In this document: piece after piece, positions 28,382 to 41,334 of the stretch
How positions within the stretch are numbered: position 1 is the stretch's first letter
Layout: each line of letters starts with the position of its first letter
Origin: Candidatus Saccharimonadota bacterium
Lineage (GTDB): Bacteria > Patescibacteriota > Saccharimonadia > Saccharimonadales > OFTM59
Assembly: GCA_029260875.1 (NCBI GenBank)
Contig: JAJDCL010000017.1
Location: forward strand, 813 to 64,812
Direction: 5' to 3'
DNA: 64,000 nt
The notes under the pieces: model-generated
The model's database searches: none
Told to the model about the DNA's origin: nothing
Seen by the model: only the letters and a program-made list of their open reading frames with translations
Made by a program: the position numbers and the translations under genes

Positions 28382-29616
28382 AAAGATTATTAAGTATTGT
28401 GGGCTTCATGACATGTGTTATCACACCATGGGGGTTCAGCATAGAGGCCCCTCCATCCAAGAGTAATGATGATGCTAAAAATCAAACAGACGTAGAAAAG
28501 GGTCCTCGTGGGGGACGTTTGCTAATAGACGGGAGTTTCGTTCTTGAGCTCTCTATCTTTGAGACTGGCGTACCCCCCGAATTCCGGGTCTGGTTGGCAA
28601 ACGATGGGGTACCGATCGCTCCTAGTGATGTTTCACTGAACATCGAATTGACACGCTTAGGTGGGGTTAAAGATATTATCAATTTTTCGGTACAAGGAGA
28701 CTTTCTCCGGGGTGACATGGTGATCTATGAACCACATTCATTCGTCGTATCTGTAAAGGCTGAATACCAAAACAAGACCCACGCCTGGAAATATGACAAT
28801 TTTGAGGGCCGGACACAGATCGAAATTGACGTCGCCAAGGCCATGAAAATAGGTACATCAATCGCGGGCCCGGCAGTGCTCAAAGAAACCGTCAATGTCT
28901 ATGGAAAATTGGTCGAGCATGTTGAAAACAAACGAGAAATCTCTGCTAGATTTGAAGGCATGATTAAAAATGTTTATGTGTCGTTAGGACAACGCGTAAA
29001 GGTGGGTCAAAGTCTTGTTACCGTTGAAAGTAATGAAAGCCTGAAGCCCTATTCAATCGTTTCACCAATAGATGGAATCATCGGAATGCGTTCTGGCAAT
29101 CCAGGCGAGCAAACGAGCGGCAGAATTCTATTGACTATTGTCAATAGTTCGATATTACTGGCCGATTTGGCAGTGTTCCCTGCAGACCGCCAACGTGTTA
29201 AACGAGGTTCAAAGGTCCAAGTCCTAGTCAAAGGCGAGGAGATGACTAGAGGGGGTGTGATTAGTTACATTGACGGCATCATTCAGCCAAACCAGTCGAT
29301 CATCGCGCGGGTTCAGCTCAAGAATGATGATGGCTCATTGGTACCTGGGTCCTTTGTCATAGGTGAAATTGAAGTAAAGGAGCACAATGTACCGCTGGCG
29401 GTAAAGAGATCAGGCTTACAGGCATTTCGCGATTTCACCGTAGTATTCGCCAAAATAGGCAATGAATACGAGGTGCGCATGCTTGAATTAGGCTTTGCGG
29501 ACGGTGAGTGGGTTGAGGTTTTAGGGGGTCTCGAACCTGGAACCGAATATGTAAGTGAAAACAGCTACATCATCAAAGCCGATATAGAAAAATCCGGCGC
29601 ATCGCACGACCATTAA
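28378..29616 (+). CDS. czcB: RND efflux periplasmic adaptor (CzcB-like MFP)
   Basis: Lipoyl/beta-barrel MFP motifs (VKVGQSLVTVES, GSFVIGEI), a signal/TM N-terminus, and its position in the operon. Confidence 0.8.
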   Translation: MKRLLSIVGFMTCVITPWGFSIEAPPSKSNDDAKNQTDVEKGPRGGRLLIDGSFVLELSIFETGVPPEFRVWLANDGVPIAPSDVSLNIELTRLGGVKDIINFSVQGDFLRGDMVIYEPHSFVVSVKAEYQNKTHAWKYDNFEGRTQIEIDVAKAMKIGTSIAGPAVLKETVNVYGKLVEHVENKREISARFEGMIKNVYVSLGQRVKVGQSLVTVESNESLKPYSIVSPIDGIIGMRSGNPGEQTSGRILLTIVNSSILLADLAVFPADRQRVKRGSKVQVLVKGEEMTRGGVISYIDGIIQPNQSIIARVQLKNDDGSLVPGSFVIGEIEVKEHNVPLAVKRSGLQAFRDFTVVFAKIGNEYEVRMLELGFADGEWVEVLGGLEPGTEYVSENSYIIKADIEKSGASHDH

Positions 29617-32742
<3,126 letters not shown>

Positions 32743-32842
32743 AGTCAGTCAGATGTCTTAGGACTGTATTGAGATGCGTTGTAGCGTTTTCGTTCGTAAA
32801 TTTGGGTTTAATGCCCTTTATTAAACCAATTTATTAGGAGGA

Positions 32843-33565
32843 TTGATGCATAATCTTTCCGGGTATCTAACATTCAGGAATAGAGATTTCATATTGTTGG
32901 TTCTATTGGCGATCATTTTTACGATAAGTCCTGAGGCTTACGCTCACGGTGTCACGGATGGCGATAAGGGTTTTATTATGGAAAGCAGCGGACCCATGAT
33001 CGTCCCGTTTATTTACCTTGGCGCCAAACACATGGTTACAGGATATGATCACCTGTTGTTTTTATTTGGCGTCATTTTCTTTTTGTATCATGTTAAGGAT
33101 GTGAGCATTTACGTCACGTTATTTGCCGTTGGCCATTCAGTTACGCTCATATCTGGGGTTCTTTTTGAATTTAGTGTGAATGCTTACTTGATTGACGCAA
33201 TAATAGGATTCTCAATTGTCTATAAGGCTCTCGATAATATGGGAGCCTACCAAATATGGTTTGGATTCCAACCAAGCACAAAAAAGGCGACTCTCATTTT
33301 TGGCCTTTTCCATGGCCTAGGATTGGCTACTAAAATTCTTGATTACAACGTATCCCCAGATGGTTTGGTCCCCAACCTCGTGGCATTTAATGTAGGGGTT
33401 GAATTAGGTCAGATAATGGGTTTGGTGATGATACTTATTATCATGGGGTTTTGGCGTCGTACCGGCGGGTTTTTGCGCCATGCCTACAATGCCAACGTAG
33501 CACTGATGGTGGGCGGCTTTATTTTTGTCGGCTATCAGATGACTGGATACTTTATTTCTAATTGA
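32843..33565 (+). CDS. HupE/UreJ-like metal transporter family membrane protein
   Basis: Signal peptide ending AHG, then GAKHMVTGYDHLLFLFGVIFF and multiple TM helices. Confidence 0.6.
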   Translation: MMHNLSGYLTFRNRDFILLVLLAIIFTISPEAYAHGVTDGDKGFIMESSGPMIVPFIYLGAKHMVTGYDHLLFLFGVIFFLYHVKDVSIYVTLFAVGHSVTLISGVLFEFSVNAYLIDAIIGFSIVYKALDNMGAYQIWFGFQPSTKKATLIFGLFHGLGLATKILDYNVSPDGLVPNLVAFNVGVELGQIMGLVMILIIMGFWRRTGGFLRHAYNANVALMVGGFIFVGYQMTGYFISN

Positions 33566-34206
33566 GAAAAGGAAACGACGTGAAAAATATCAACATTCCC
33601 GCAACTGAGGATCTACCCACGGTGAGAAAGCTCGTCAAATCAACCTTGTCAGCAATATTAGTCGCTGCCTTTATTCTAGTAGCCGCTGTTCTTCCAGCCG
33701 AGTATGGAGTAGATCCAACTGGAATCGGACGTCTCATTGGGTTGAAAAGGATGGGAGAAATTAAGGTCTCGCTTGCTCAAGAATCTGAAGATGATACACA
33801 ACTAGAACAAGAACAGATGCCAGAGAATGGTGAGCCTCAACTGACCTCACCATCAGAATTGGTGTCGAAAGCCAACCCGCTTGGATCTCCCAGTGACGAA
33901 ATGACAATAACTCTTAAGCCGAATGAAGGAAAAGAGATCAAGTTGTCAATGGAAAAGGGTGCTCAAGTAAATTACGTTTGGTGGACAGATGGCAGCAAAG
34001 CAAATTTCGATGCCCACGCAGATTCAAAAGAATTGAATATTAAATATCACAATTACGAAAAAGGCGCAAAACCGCGTTCGGAAGGTGTACTAGAAGCTGC
34101 CTTCGATGGACAACACGGATGGTTTTGGAGAAATCGAACTGCTGGAAATATGACTGTTACCCTAAAAGTAAATGGTCAATATACAGATATTGGTCTGGTG
34201 AATTAG
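33562..34206 (+). CDS. hypothetical membrane-anchored periplasmic protein
   Basis: Single N-terminal TM (LSAILVAAFILVAAVL), an acidic linker and a beta-rich C-terminal domain. It overlaps the HupE-like gene, and its stop abuts a Tn3-type IR. Confidence 0.45.
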   Translation: MRKGNDVKNINIPATEDLPTVRKLVKSTLSAILVAAFILVAAVLPAEYGVDPTGIGRLIGLKRMGEIKVSLAQESEDDTQLEQEQMPENGEPQLTSPSELVSKANPLGSPSDEMTITLKPNEGKEIKLSMEKGAQVNYVWWTDGSKANFDAHADSKELNIKYHNYEKGAKPRSEGVLEAAFDGQHGWFWRNRTAGNMTVTLKVNGQYTDIGLVN

Positions 34207-34242
34207 GGGTCGCCTCACGAAACGGAAAAATCGTACGCTAAG
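34206..34242. repeat. Tn3-family terminal IR (outer end at 34206)
   Basis: GGGGTCGCCTCACGAAACGGAAAAATCGTACGCTAAG is about 34/38 identical to the reverse complement of 18231-18268. Confidence 0.8.
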
Positions 34243-34591
34243 GCCTTGAGAACGATCGAAGAGGCCGAAATTTACCGCGTACGACCCGTTTGCTCTGCCG
34301 CCAGGTAAATGGCCCAAATGGAGCGTTCGCGCAAAAACGGCAATTCACCGCTACAAATGTTTTAGAACCAAGAGTTGCGTGAAAAAACAATCTGGACGTC
34401 GGATTCTTAAGTTGTTTAAATCCAGCATCTTCAGTCGCTCCAGAAGTTGTCGAATCTATTCGAGGAAAGATCGGTGTATCGAATGGTGTGACGGATCTCT
34501 CGATGACCCAGATACAACTGGATGGCTCTTGTGTCTTGTCCATCATTCGCAAGCTTGTATCCGGTTGCGTGACGCAACATGTGAGGATGGA
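34238..34591 (-). pseudogene. probable 3'-terminal remnant of a Tn3-family tnpA, cut by the nested transposon
   Basis: The minus-strand ORF ends inside the IR, as Tn3-family tnpA genes do, with ...RGKFRPLRSFSRP*. The upstream part is replaced by the insertion at 34592. The call is mostly positional. Confidence 0.4.
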
Positions 34592-34690
34592 AGGGTGCCA
34601 CGAACATTCGTGCGTAAATATACGCTAAGGATTATCGCCCCCCTCCGAAAAAGAGTGGAACAACACGGATGCCCCGGTAATCATCTGGCT

Positions 34691-35320
34691 TTACGCAAGA
34701 TTCGACATGCTTTCTTTAATTGACCTTTTTTTGATGTAGGTGTTAAGACCAATATGGTTGGAATACCCCAGCACCTTTGAGATTTTTCTGACAGAGAGCC
34801 CTAAGGCAAGGAGCTCTTTTATCCTTTCGAGATCGTTGTCGAACTTGCTCTTCTGAATGGTCCCTTTCGGTTTGCCGAGTCTTATTCCTTGTTTCCTTTT
34901 CGAGGCTAACGCCTCCTTGGTACGCAAGCTGACAAGGTCCCGTTCTAGTTCACCGAACAGTGAAAAGAGTGTGACGATGATTTTTGAGCTCATGTCGTGC
35001 TTGCTGATGTCGAGGTTCTGTTTGATGATGATGACGCGAATGTCCCGGTCAATTAAACCGTTCACCAGAGAAAGGACTTCGGCGGTGCTTCTCCCGAGGC
35101 GGCTAAGCTCCGTAACGATTAGGGCATCCGACCCGCTGAGTCGTTCAAGTAGGTCGTCGATTCGCCGCTGCTTACTCGTCATTCTTGAGGAGACGGTGAT
35201 CTGGATGAACTCGTCGATCTTGAGGTCTTTCTTCCTTCCGAACTCTAAGATCTCGAGCTTTTGGTTATTGAGGTCCTGCTTGCCCGTTGACGCCCTTAGA
35301 TAAGCTACTGTTTTTCCCAT
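34691..35320 (-). CDS. tnpR: serine recombinase / resolvase TnpR
   Basis: MGKTVAYLRASTGKQDLNNQ..., LSRLGRSTAEVL and a C-terminal HTH (RKISKVLGYSNH). Confidence 0.9.
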   Translation of the reverse strand: MGKTVAYLRASTGKQDLNNQKLEILEFGRKKDLKIDEFIQITVSSRMTSKQRRIDDLLERLSGSDALIVTELSRLGRSTAEVLSLVNGLIDRDIRVIIIKQNLDISKHDMSSKIIVTLFSLFGELERDLVSLRTKEALASKRKQGIRLGKPKGTIQKSKFDNDLERIKELLALGLSVRKISKVLGYSNHIGLNTYIKKRSIKESMSNLA

Positions 35321-35341
35321 ATCTCCAGTCCGTAAAGACAT

Positions 35342-35452
35342 AATGTTTAAAACTGCTGGTAATTATACACGACAAGTATCATTTATAGAGTCTTATTGAT
35401 ACCTATTCTGTGTATATAATAACGTTCGTTTTTTCTTATACAATCACGGACC
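35342..35452. promoter_or_regulatory. probable res site / divergent promoter region
   Basis: AT-rich intergenic region between the divergent tnpR and tnpA. It contains aacgttcgtttttt, which recurs in palindromic form at the relic near 50456. Confidence 0.45.
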
Positions 35453-38362
35453 ATGAAATCGCTGAACTTCACCCATGAACACCTTCTAAATCAGGCCCAA
35501 TTCACAAAGAAGGACACTGACCGGATATTCCAATGCAGACGGCAGCATAACCGGCTTGGGTTTGGGTACCAAATCGCATTCGTCCGGCTCGCAAATCGAT
35601 TCCCAATCCAGCAGCCATTCGAGATTGTTACCGAAATCCTGACTTATGTCAGCGTTCAGCTCAGTATCCCCAGCACGGCTATTGGCGTGTACTCCAAAAG
35701 GCAGGCTACTATATCCGACCATCAGGATGCGATCCGCAAATTCCTTCACCTGTCAAGGTTTGCGGGAAAGAAGACCAGGGAGACTGTCCGGAAGTTTGTG
35801 TTCGACACCGCATGCCGACTGGAACAGGCTGGGGCGCTTATCGCTAAGACGGAGCAATACCTGAAGGAAAAAAGAATACTCCTGCCATCCGATGACACCA
35901 TGCGGCGGCTTGTTGCAACTCAGCGCGAGGAGGCCAAGCAGTCCATATATATAAGGATAGAGAACTCACTTTCAAAGGAGAATAAGCAACCCCTGGACGC
36001 ACTTCTAGAGACCTGGGAAAGCCGAACCAGCGGAATCCAGATATTGAAACAGGCTCCAGGCCGTCCCAGCCCAACGGCGATGCTTCGCCTCACAAAGAAT
36101 ATCGACGAGATTCAAAAAACCGGGGTTCTTGATCTCGATCTTTCGTGGCTCAACAACAACTTCCAGCGAGCTCTGTCCCGGTATGCAAAGCGATGCACCG
36201 CATCGCGGCTGCGGAAACTTGAAGAGACCCATCGCCATGCTGTTCTTGTCTGTTTCCTCTGGCAGACTTACCGGGATACCGTCGACTTCATGGTGGATAT
36301 GTACGATAAGCTGATAAATCGGATCTACAATCACGCTCAGAACGACATCGACAACCATAACAAGTCGCAGCGAAAGCAAATTCGGCAGTCATTGAATACA
36401 TTTGCGATCATGGCTGATCTCGTCCTCGATGAATCCGTAACTGACTCAGACCTGAGATCCGAGCTGTACCTTCGAGTTGAGCGGGAGAAGCTTGAGTATC
36501 AGATGGCCGAAGTTAGCGTATGGCTCAAGGGGAAGCACAGCCATGTGTTCAACCTAGTGAAGGACCGATTCGGCTACATTCGACAGTTCTCTCCGATGCT
36601 GCTGAAGCATCTCCAGCTCATGTCTGAAAATGAAACGGATGCCGGTGTGATCAAGGCCATGGACGTGCTTCGTGTCCTCAACGAAAACCACAAGCGCAAG
36701 CTGCCGAACAATGCTCCAATGGAATTCATCCCAAAGAAGATTCTGTATTTAGTCGAGTCGGACGGTGTGGTGAACAAGGCGGCCTGGGAATGCGCACTAT
36801 TGACCGCCATTAGGGACGAGATTAAGTCGGGCAACGTGTCTGTCCACTCAAGCAAAAGGTTCGGAAGATTAGACGACTTCTTCATTCCAGAAGAGAGCTG
36901 GGCAACGAAAAGAGAATCGTTTTTTAGAAGGGCGGGGCTACCATCCGACAAGTCTACCGTTGCGGCCTTCCTAGCGAGGACATTGAACGATGCTTATGAA
37001 GATTTTCTGAAAGCTCTCCCGAGAAACGCATTCGCTTCGGTGACCGATGACGGATGGCACCTTTCCTCCGACGGTGCTGAAAAGCTAGACCATGAATCGG
37101 AAACCAAGCTTGAATCGCTGAAGAGCTGGCTCGGCGAGAACATGAGGCTCATCAAACTGCCCGAGCTACTCATCGAGGTCGACAATGAACTCAAGATCAC
37201 ACGAACCTTCATGCCAACGTCGCAGCAGGACGGAACAAACCCAGAAGAGATCTGTACGATCCTGGCAACAATAATGGCTCATGGATGCAACATTGGACCA
37301 TACACGATGTCCCATCTCACAGGGATTAGCTATGGGCGGATCAAGCACGTTACCGACTGGATGATAACCGAGGACAACCTTCGCGGGGCTCTCGCCCAAG
37401 TGGTGAACGCAATTAGTAACCTGGACATCACCCAGTCATGGGGAACTGGAAAGACGTCAAGCAGCGATGGGCAGCGTTTTGCGTTGAAGCACAAAGTGCT
37501 CCAGCAAACATACAGTCCAAAATTCAATGATTTCGCGCTGGAATTCTACTCTTTCGTCGCGGATAACTATGCGCCCTTTTACAGCCTACCCATTGAGTGC
37601 ACCGATCGTGATGCCCCGTTCGTGCTCGACGGGCTCCTTTATAACGAAAGCGACCTTGAGCTTGAAGAACATTACGTGGACACCCACGGATACACCGAGA
37701 ATAACTTTGCGGCTTTCGCAATGCTGGGGAAGCGGTTTTCACCGAGGATCAAGGGCCTCCACAAACAACGGATCTACCGCATCGACAGAGATTTCGACTA
37801 TGGACCGCTATCATCGCTCGTGGCTCGGAGTGACCGCACGATCCACATGGATTGGATTGTTGATCAGTGGGACAGAATCGGCCATTTCTATGCGTCACTC
37901 GAATCTGGGCATTCGACTGCTTCAACGGCCATGAAGCGTCTGAACGGGTTTTCTGGTAAGAACCACTTTTATCGAGCGAACCGCGAGCTCGGGCGGGTCT
38001 TCAAGTCCGCACACATCCTCCAGTACATGTCTGATATCGCGTTGAGGCGAAGGACACGACGAGGACTTCTGAAGGGAGAGCAGCTCCACGGGCTGGCCCG
38101 GGACCTGAACTACGGTAAAAGAGGACGAATCAGTAAACGTGACTTGCAGGAGCAACGAAATTCATGCAGCTGCCTCACACTCATCCTTGCATCCATTATT
38201 TACTGGCAGGCAAAGGAGATAAATCGGGTCGTTATCGAATGCGATCCTGAGAAAACCGGGATAGATCTGAAGCTCGTAGAGCACATCAGCCCAATCGCTT
38301 GGGAAAACGTAATTCTATATGGTGAATACATCCTGAACCGTGACCTGGTAATAATCTCTTAG
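35453..38362 (+). CDS. tnpA: Tn3-family transposase TnpA (full length, 969 aa)
   Basis: DUF4158 N-terminus (RRQHNRLGFGYQIAFVRL) and a DDE_Tnp_Tn3 C-terminal domain (SSSDGQRF, VDTHGYTENNFA, ISPIAWENVILYGEY). Confidence 0.95.
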   Translation: MKSLNFTHEHLLNQAQFTKKDTDRIFQCRRQHNRLGFGYQIAFVRLANRFPIQQPFEIVTEILTYVSVQLSIPSTAIGVYSKRQATISDHQDAIRKFLHLSRFAGKKTRETVRKFVFDTACRLEQAGALIAKTEQYLKEKRILLPSDDTMRRLVATQREEAKQSIYIRIENSLSKENKQPLDALLETWESRTSGIQILKQAPGRPSPTAMLRLTKNIDEIQKTGVLDLDLSWLNNNFQRALSRYAKRCTASRLRKLEETHRHAVLVCFLWQTYRDTVDFMVDMYDKLINRIYNHAQNDIDNHNKSQRKQIRQSLNTFAIMADLVLDESVTDSDLRSELYLRVEREKLEYQMAEVSVWLKGKHSHVFNLVKDRFGYIRQFSPMLLKHLQLMSENETDAGVIKAMDVLRVLNENHKRKLPNNAPMEFIPKKILYLVESDGVVNKAAWECALLTAIRDEIKSGNVSVHSSKRFGRLDDFFIPEESWATKRESFFRRAGLPSDKSTVAAFLARTLNDAYEDFLKALPRNAFASVTDDGWHLSSDGAEKLDHESETKLESLKSWLGENMRLIKLPELLIEVDNELKITRTFMPTSQQDGTNPEEICTILATIMAHGCNIGPYTMSHLTGISYGRIKHVTDWMITEDNLRGALAQVVNAISNLDITQSWGTGKTSSSDGQRFALKHKVLQQTYSPKFNDFALEFYSFVADNYAPFYSLPIECTDRDAPFVLDGLLYNESDLELEEHYVDTHGYTENNFAAFAMLGKRFSPRIKGLHKQRIYRIDRDFDYGPLSSLVARSDRTIHMDWIVDQWDRIGHFYASLESGHSTASTAMKRLNGFSGKNHFYRANRELGRVFKSAHILQYMSDIALRRRTRRGLLKGEQLHGLARDLNYGKRGRISKRDLQEQRNSCSCLTLILASIIYWQAKEINRVVIECDPEKTGIDLKLVEHISPIAWENVILYGEYILNRDLVIIS

Positions 38363-38511
38363 CGTATATTTACGCACGAATGTTCGTGGCACCCTGTCAT
38401 AGGATCCAGTGAGATGTACAACTCAACCATCGGACGTGATAATGGAATACAGGCCGTTATGCGAGTCGCGGGCTCGGCCCCAATTGACGAGGACTGAGCT
38501 TAATCGATCGA

Positions 38512-38871
38512 TTAACGGTCGTTTGCTAATGCTGAAGTCAACATATCCACAAGCACGGACTTTGAGAACGGTTTAGACATCAATGAAACAGAGTCCATAG
38601 GTTGAAGGATGCCGTTACCTGTCATAAGAATACTGATCAAGTTTGGCAAGAATGACTTCGCACGGGCGATGAGTTCCGGCCCTTCCATCTTTGGCATTTC
38701 ATAGTCTGTTAGGAGAATGTCGCCCTTGTTCGACTTCAGACATTCCAATGCCTCGACAGGGCAATGGTGAAAGCATGTGTTGCAGCCCAACCCATCAAGA
38801 GCGCGTCTCATGAATTGAAGGATGGTCGTGTCGTTGTCGACAATTTCGATTCTTTTCAAATGGGGAAGCAT
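38512..38871 (-). CDS. stand-alone CheY-like response-regulator receiver domain
   Basis: IEIVDND..., ILLTDYEMPKMEG and ILMTG are the receiver acidic pocket, phospho-Asp and T/S blocks. Confidence 0.75.
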   Translation of the reverse strand: MLPHLKRIEIVDNDTTILQFMRRALDGLGCNTCFHHCPVEALECLKSNKGDILLTDYEMPKMEGPELIARAKSFLPNLISILMTGNGILQPMDSVSLMSKPFSKSVLVDMLTSALANDR

Positions 38872-39094
38872 CGACTAGGCCCTTTCACGATTTCCGCGTG
38901 ACAACTGTACGGAGGTGACGTGACAATTGTTTCACGGCTGTCGTATTCTCGTTCGCTGTCAACATGTACGCTGGCCCGCGAAAACATCGCTCATCGATGT
39001 ACCTATCGCAGTGGAATTCAATCGGCACAACAATCCTTCACGGATGCCGTGCTTTGGAAGTAGTCTCAGACGGATCCAACACCGGAATAGAACT

Positions 39095-40006
39095 CTATAA
39101 TTTCTTAACTTCTACCGAAATATGAGACAGGTGAGGTAGGAGTCGTTTGAGGATCTGCTTATACTCATATGGCTCAAGTGGCTGTTTAGAAACAACAGAT
39201 AGAATCGCAGCTTGATGTGACGTTCCGATTCTCCAAATATGTATGTCGTTAATAATTCCCTGGTCTTCTCTCTTAATGGCCGCAGCTATTTTCTCGTAGG
39301 AGGAAGTCCGAACAGATTTATCAAGCAGCACATCGCTCGATTCTTTAAGTAATCCATAAGACCACCGTGAAATGACAGCTGCACCGACAATCCCCATCAC
39401 TGCGTCCATCCAGATCCAATCGAAATACTTACCTGTAAGTAATGCAACAATGGCTAGTAGCGAGGTTAATGTGTCTGCCAAAACATGGAAATATGCTGCT
39501 TTCATATTGTGATCATGGTGTTGATGCCCATGGTCTTCGTCATGATGATGATCATCGTCATGTAAAACAAAAACTGAAACAATATTAACTGTAAGTCCAA
39601 CTATCGCCACCCAGATTGCTTCATCAAAATGAATCTCTTTTGGCTCAATGAGTCGTTGAACAGATTCTAGCGCCATCATCAAAGCAACAATGGCTAGCGC
39701 AACTGCACTGGCAAATCCTCCAAGATAATTGACTTTACCTGTACCAAAACTAAATTCCCGATTATTGGCATGTTTCATTGCGTACGCATACGCAAAGATG
39801 GTGATCAGAAAAGCAGCAGAATGCGTCCCCATGTGCCATCCATCAGCAAGTAACGCCATTGAGCCAGACCAAGTACCGGCACCAATTTCTAAAACCATGA
39901 TGACCGTTGTTAACCAAAAGACGATTTTGACCTTGGTTGCACGCTGTCTATTGTCGATACCGAAATCGTGCGAATGATCCCATTGAATATTGCTGTCGTA
40001 TTGCAT
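39095..40006 (-). CDS. cation diffusion facilitator (CzcD/ZitB-like) Zn/Co/Cd exporter
   Basis: Six TM helices, a His-rich loop HDDDHHHDEDHGHQHHDHN and CDF signature segments (ALLADGWHMGTHS, HVLADTLTS). Confidence 0.9.
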   Translation of the reverse strand: MQYDSNIQWDHSHDFGIDNRQRATKVKIVFWLTTVIMVLEIGAGTWSGSMALLADGWHMGTHSAAFLITIFAYAYAMKHANNREFSFGTGKVNYLGGFASAVALAIVALMMALESVQRLIEPKEIHFDEAIWVAIVGLTVNIVSVFVLHDDDHHHDEDHGHQHHDHNMKAAYFHVLADTLTSLLAIVALLTGKYFDWIWMDAVMGIVGAAVISRWSYGLLKESSDVLLDKSVRTSSYEKIAAAIKREDQGIINDIHIWRIGTSHQAAILSVVSKQPLEPYEYKQILKRLLPHLSHISVEVKKL

Positions 40007-40071
40007 TGAATTTCCTCATCTGGATGGCTTACCATCAAACCAAGCATGGTGACGTTCACATAGAGATAGTA

Positions 40072-40086
40072 TACTAGGGTATAGTA
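40072..40086. promoter_or_regulatory. candidate CsoR/RcnR-type operator (TACT-N7-AGTA with a central G tract)
   Basis: tactagggtatagta lies in the divergent promoter region between the CDF gene and the csoR/rcnR-like gene. It resembles the TACT-G-tract-AGTA operators described for RcnR. Confidence 0.35.
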
Positions 40087-40114
40087 TTTTGACACTTGGC
40101 CGCAAGGAGCGAAT

Positions 40115-40390
40115 ATGTCTCATACAATCGACGGAAAGAAGAAACTGCTCAGCCGCATCAGGCGGATTAAAGGACAGTCCGTCGCTTTAGAAGGCTCACT
40201 TGAAGGCGAACCTGATTGTATGAAGGTCCTACAGCAGATTGCTGCTATTAAGGGTGCGGTTAATGGACTAATGAAGGAGGTACTTGAAGGCCATTTGAGG
40301 CAACATTTGGGTGCAGAAGATATCTCCCAACTGCAAAGGCAGGAAGAGGTAGAACAAGTGATATTGGTTTTGAGAAGTTATCTAAAATAG
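40115..40390 (+). CDS. CsoR/RcnR/FrmR-family metal-sensing repressor
   Basis: 91 aa with LLSRIRRIKGQ...EGEPDCMKVLQQIAAIKGAVNGL...EGHL, the DUF156 fold pattern including Cys and His ligand positions. Confidence 0.85.
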   Translation: MSHTIDGKKKLLSRIRRIKGQSVALEGSLEGEPDCMKVLQQIAAIKGAVNGLMKEVLEGHLRQHLGAEDISQLQRQEEVEQVILVLRSYLK

Positions 40391-40568
40391 CTGATCAATG
40401 GGGTGGCTCTAACGTAGATTCACCTCTTGTTCACTAGCAGTTACGTTCGTGGACCGCATATACGGCTACCGTGCCATCAGGCAAATGACATTGATAATAC
40501 TGAACAACGTTGCAGCCCTGACGTCACCGTGGCCACCAATCGACATGGCAACGCAACCGGACCGCGAA

Positions 40569-41015
40569 TCATCGTGAACAGGCTCGACACAGCGATGTTT
40601 CTCGCATTTCGACCCGCCCCGAATCATCTTCGTATGTCAAGTTTGCGTAGATGTCTTCGATCTTGGGTAACTCATTAACTTGCCAACCCTTGTCTATTAG
40701 TGGCTGCCTGAGCTGCTGGTAGCGTGCCTCGATATCGCGGTCTTTTCGGTGCTCGGATTGATCGACAATGTAAACTTCATTCAGCCCCTCTTTGTCGAAA
40801 TTGAACATGACATGAAATACAATCCCCTCACCTGCTTCCAACGCAACATTCAGGTCGCCATGGCCGCCGCCAAACCTTCGCTTTTTCGGAGCTTTCTCCT
40901 TAAGTACTCGAAACCCCTTTTCGGTAACGAGAGCACGTACATCTTCATATCTCATGTTCCATTGGAACTCTTGAAACACACCGGCCCTACGGCCGGTTCC
41001 TGGACCATTCCCCAA
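40569..41015 (-). CDS. hypothetical protein
   Basis: ORF only. The likely start is at MRYEDVRAL (about 40955). Confidence 0.3.
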   Translation of the reverse strand: MGNGPGTGRRAGVFQEFQWNMRYEDVRALVTEKGFRVLKEKAPKKRRFGGGHGDLNVALEAGEGIVFHVMFNFDKEGLNEVYIVDQSEHRKDRDIEARYQQLRQPLIDKGWQVNELPKIEDIYANLTYEDDSGRVEMRETSLCRACSR

Positions 41016-41334
41016 TTAGATATCAACCACATATTCCCTCCCAGTCTTCTAAAGTTCGGTTGGCAACACCAGGTCGAATACGACCAGTTCGCCACCGTTG
41101 TATGCTAGCTGTAGGTGCTCACGCTTTTCTGGACGTGCTCACATTCTTTTGGAAGGAGATAGAAAATTATGGCGTGTTGCGGCGTGGGCAAACACTATCG
41201 ACAATCCACAGAGTTTCTCCCGGTCTTCCCACGCACGAGGGTCGTGGTCTACCCCGCAATCGGGGCTGCAACTTCTGCAGGAGCGGATGAAATCCTAAAC
41301 TTGCCTTTTCACCCTTCTAATTAAATCGATTCCC

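Larger units (their letters stand above)
34592..38395. mobile_element. complete Tn3-family transposon (tnpR <- res -> tnpA) with perfect 38-bp IRs
   Basis: AGGGTGCCACGAACATTCGTGCGTAAATATACGCTAAG at 34592-34629 and its exact reverse complement at 38358-38395. The tnpA stop lies in the right IR. The flanking 5-mers differ (atgga / gtcat). Confidence 0.9.

Noticed and set aside
38396-38511. A minus-strand translation containing ...ITSDG, which resembles the SSDGQRF motif of Tn3 transposases and might continue the tnpA remnant split by the nested transposon.
   Set aside because: The motif is followed by a stop. Its position in TnpA (about 330 aa from the C-terminus) is incompatible with the about 115-codon remnant on the other side of the insertion.
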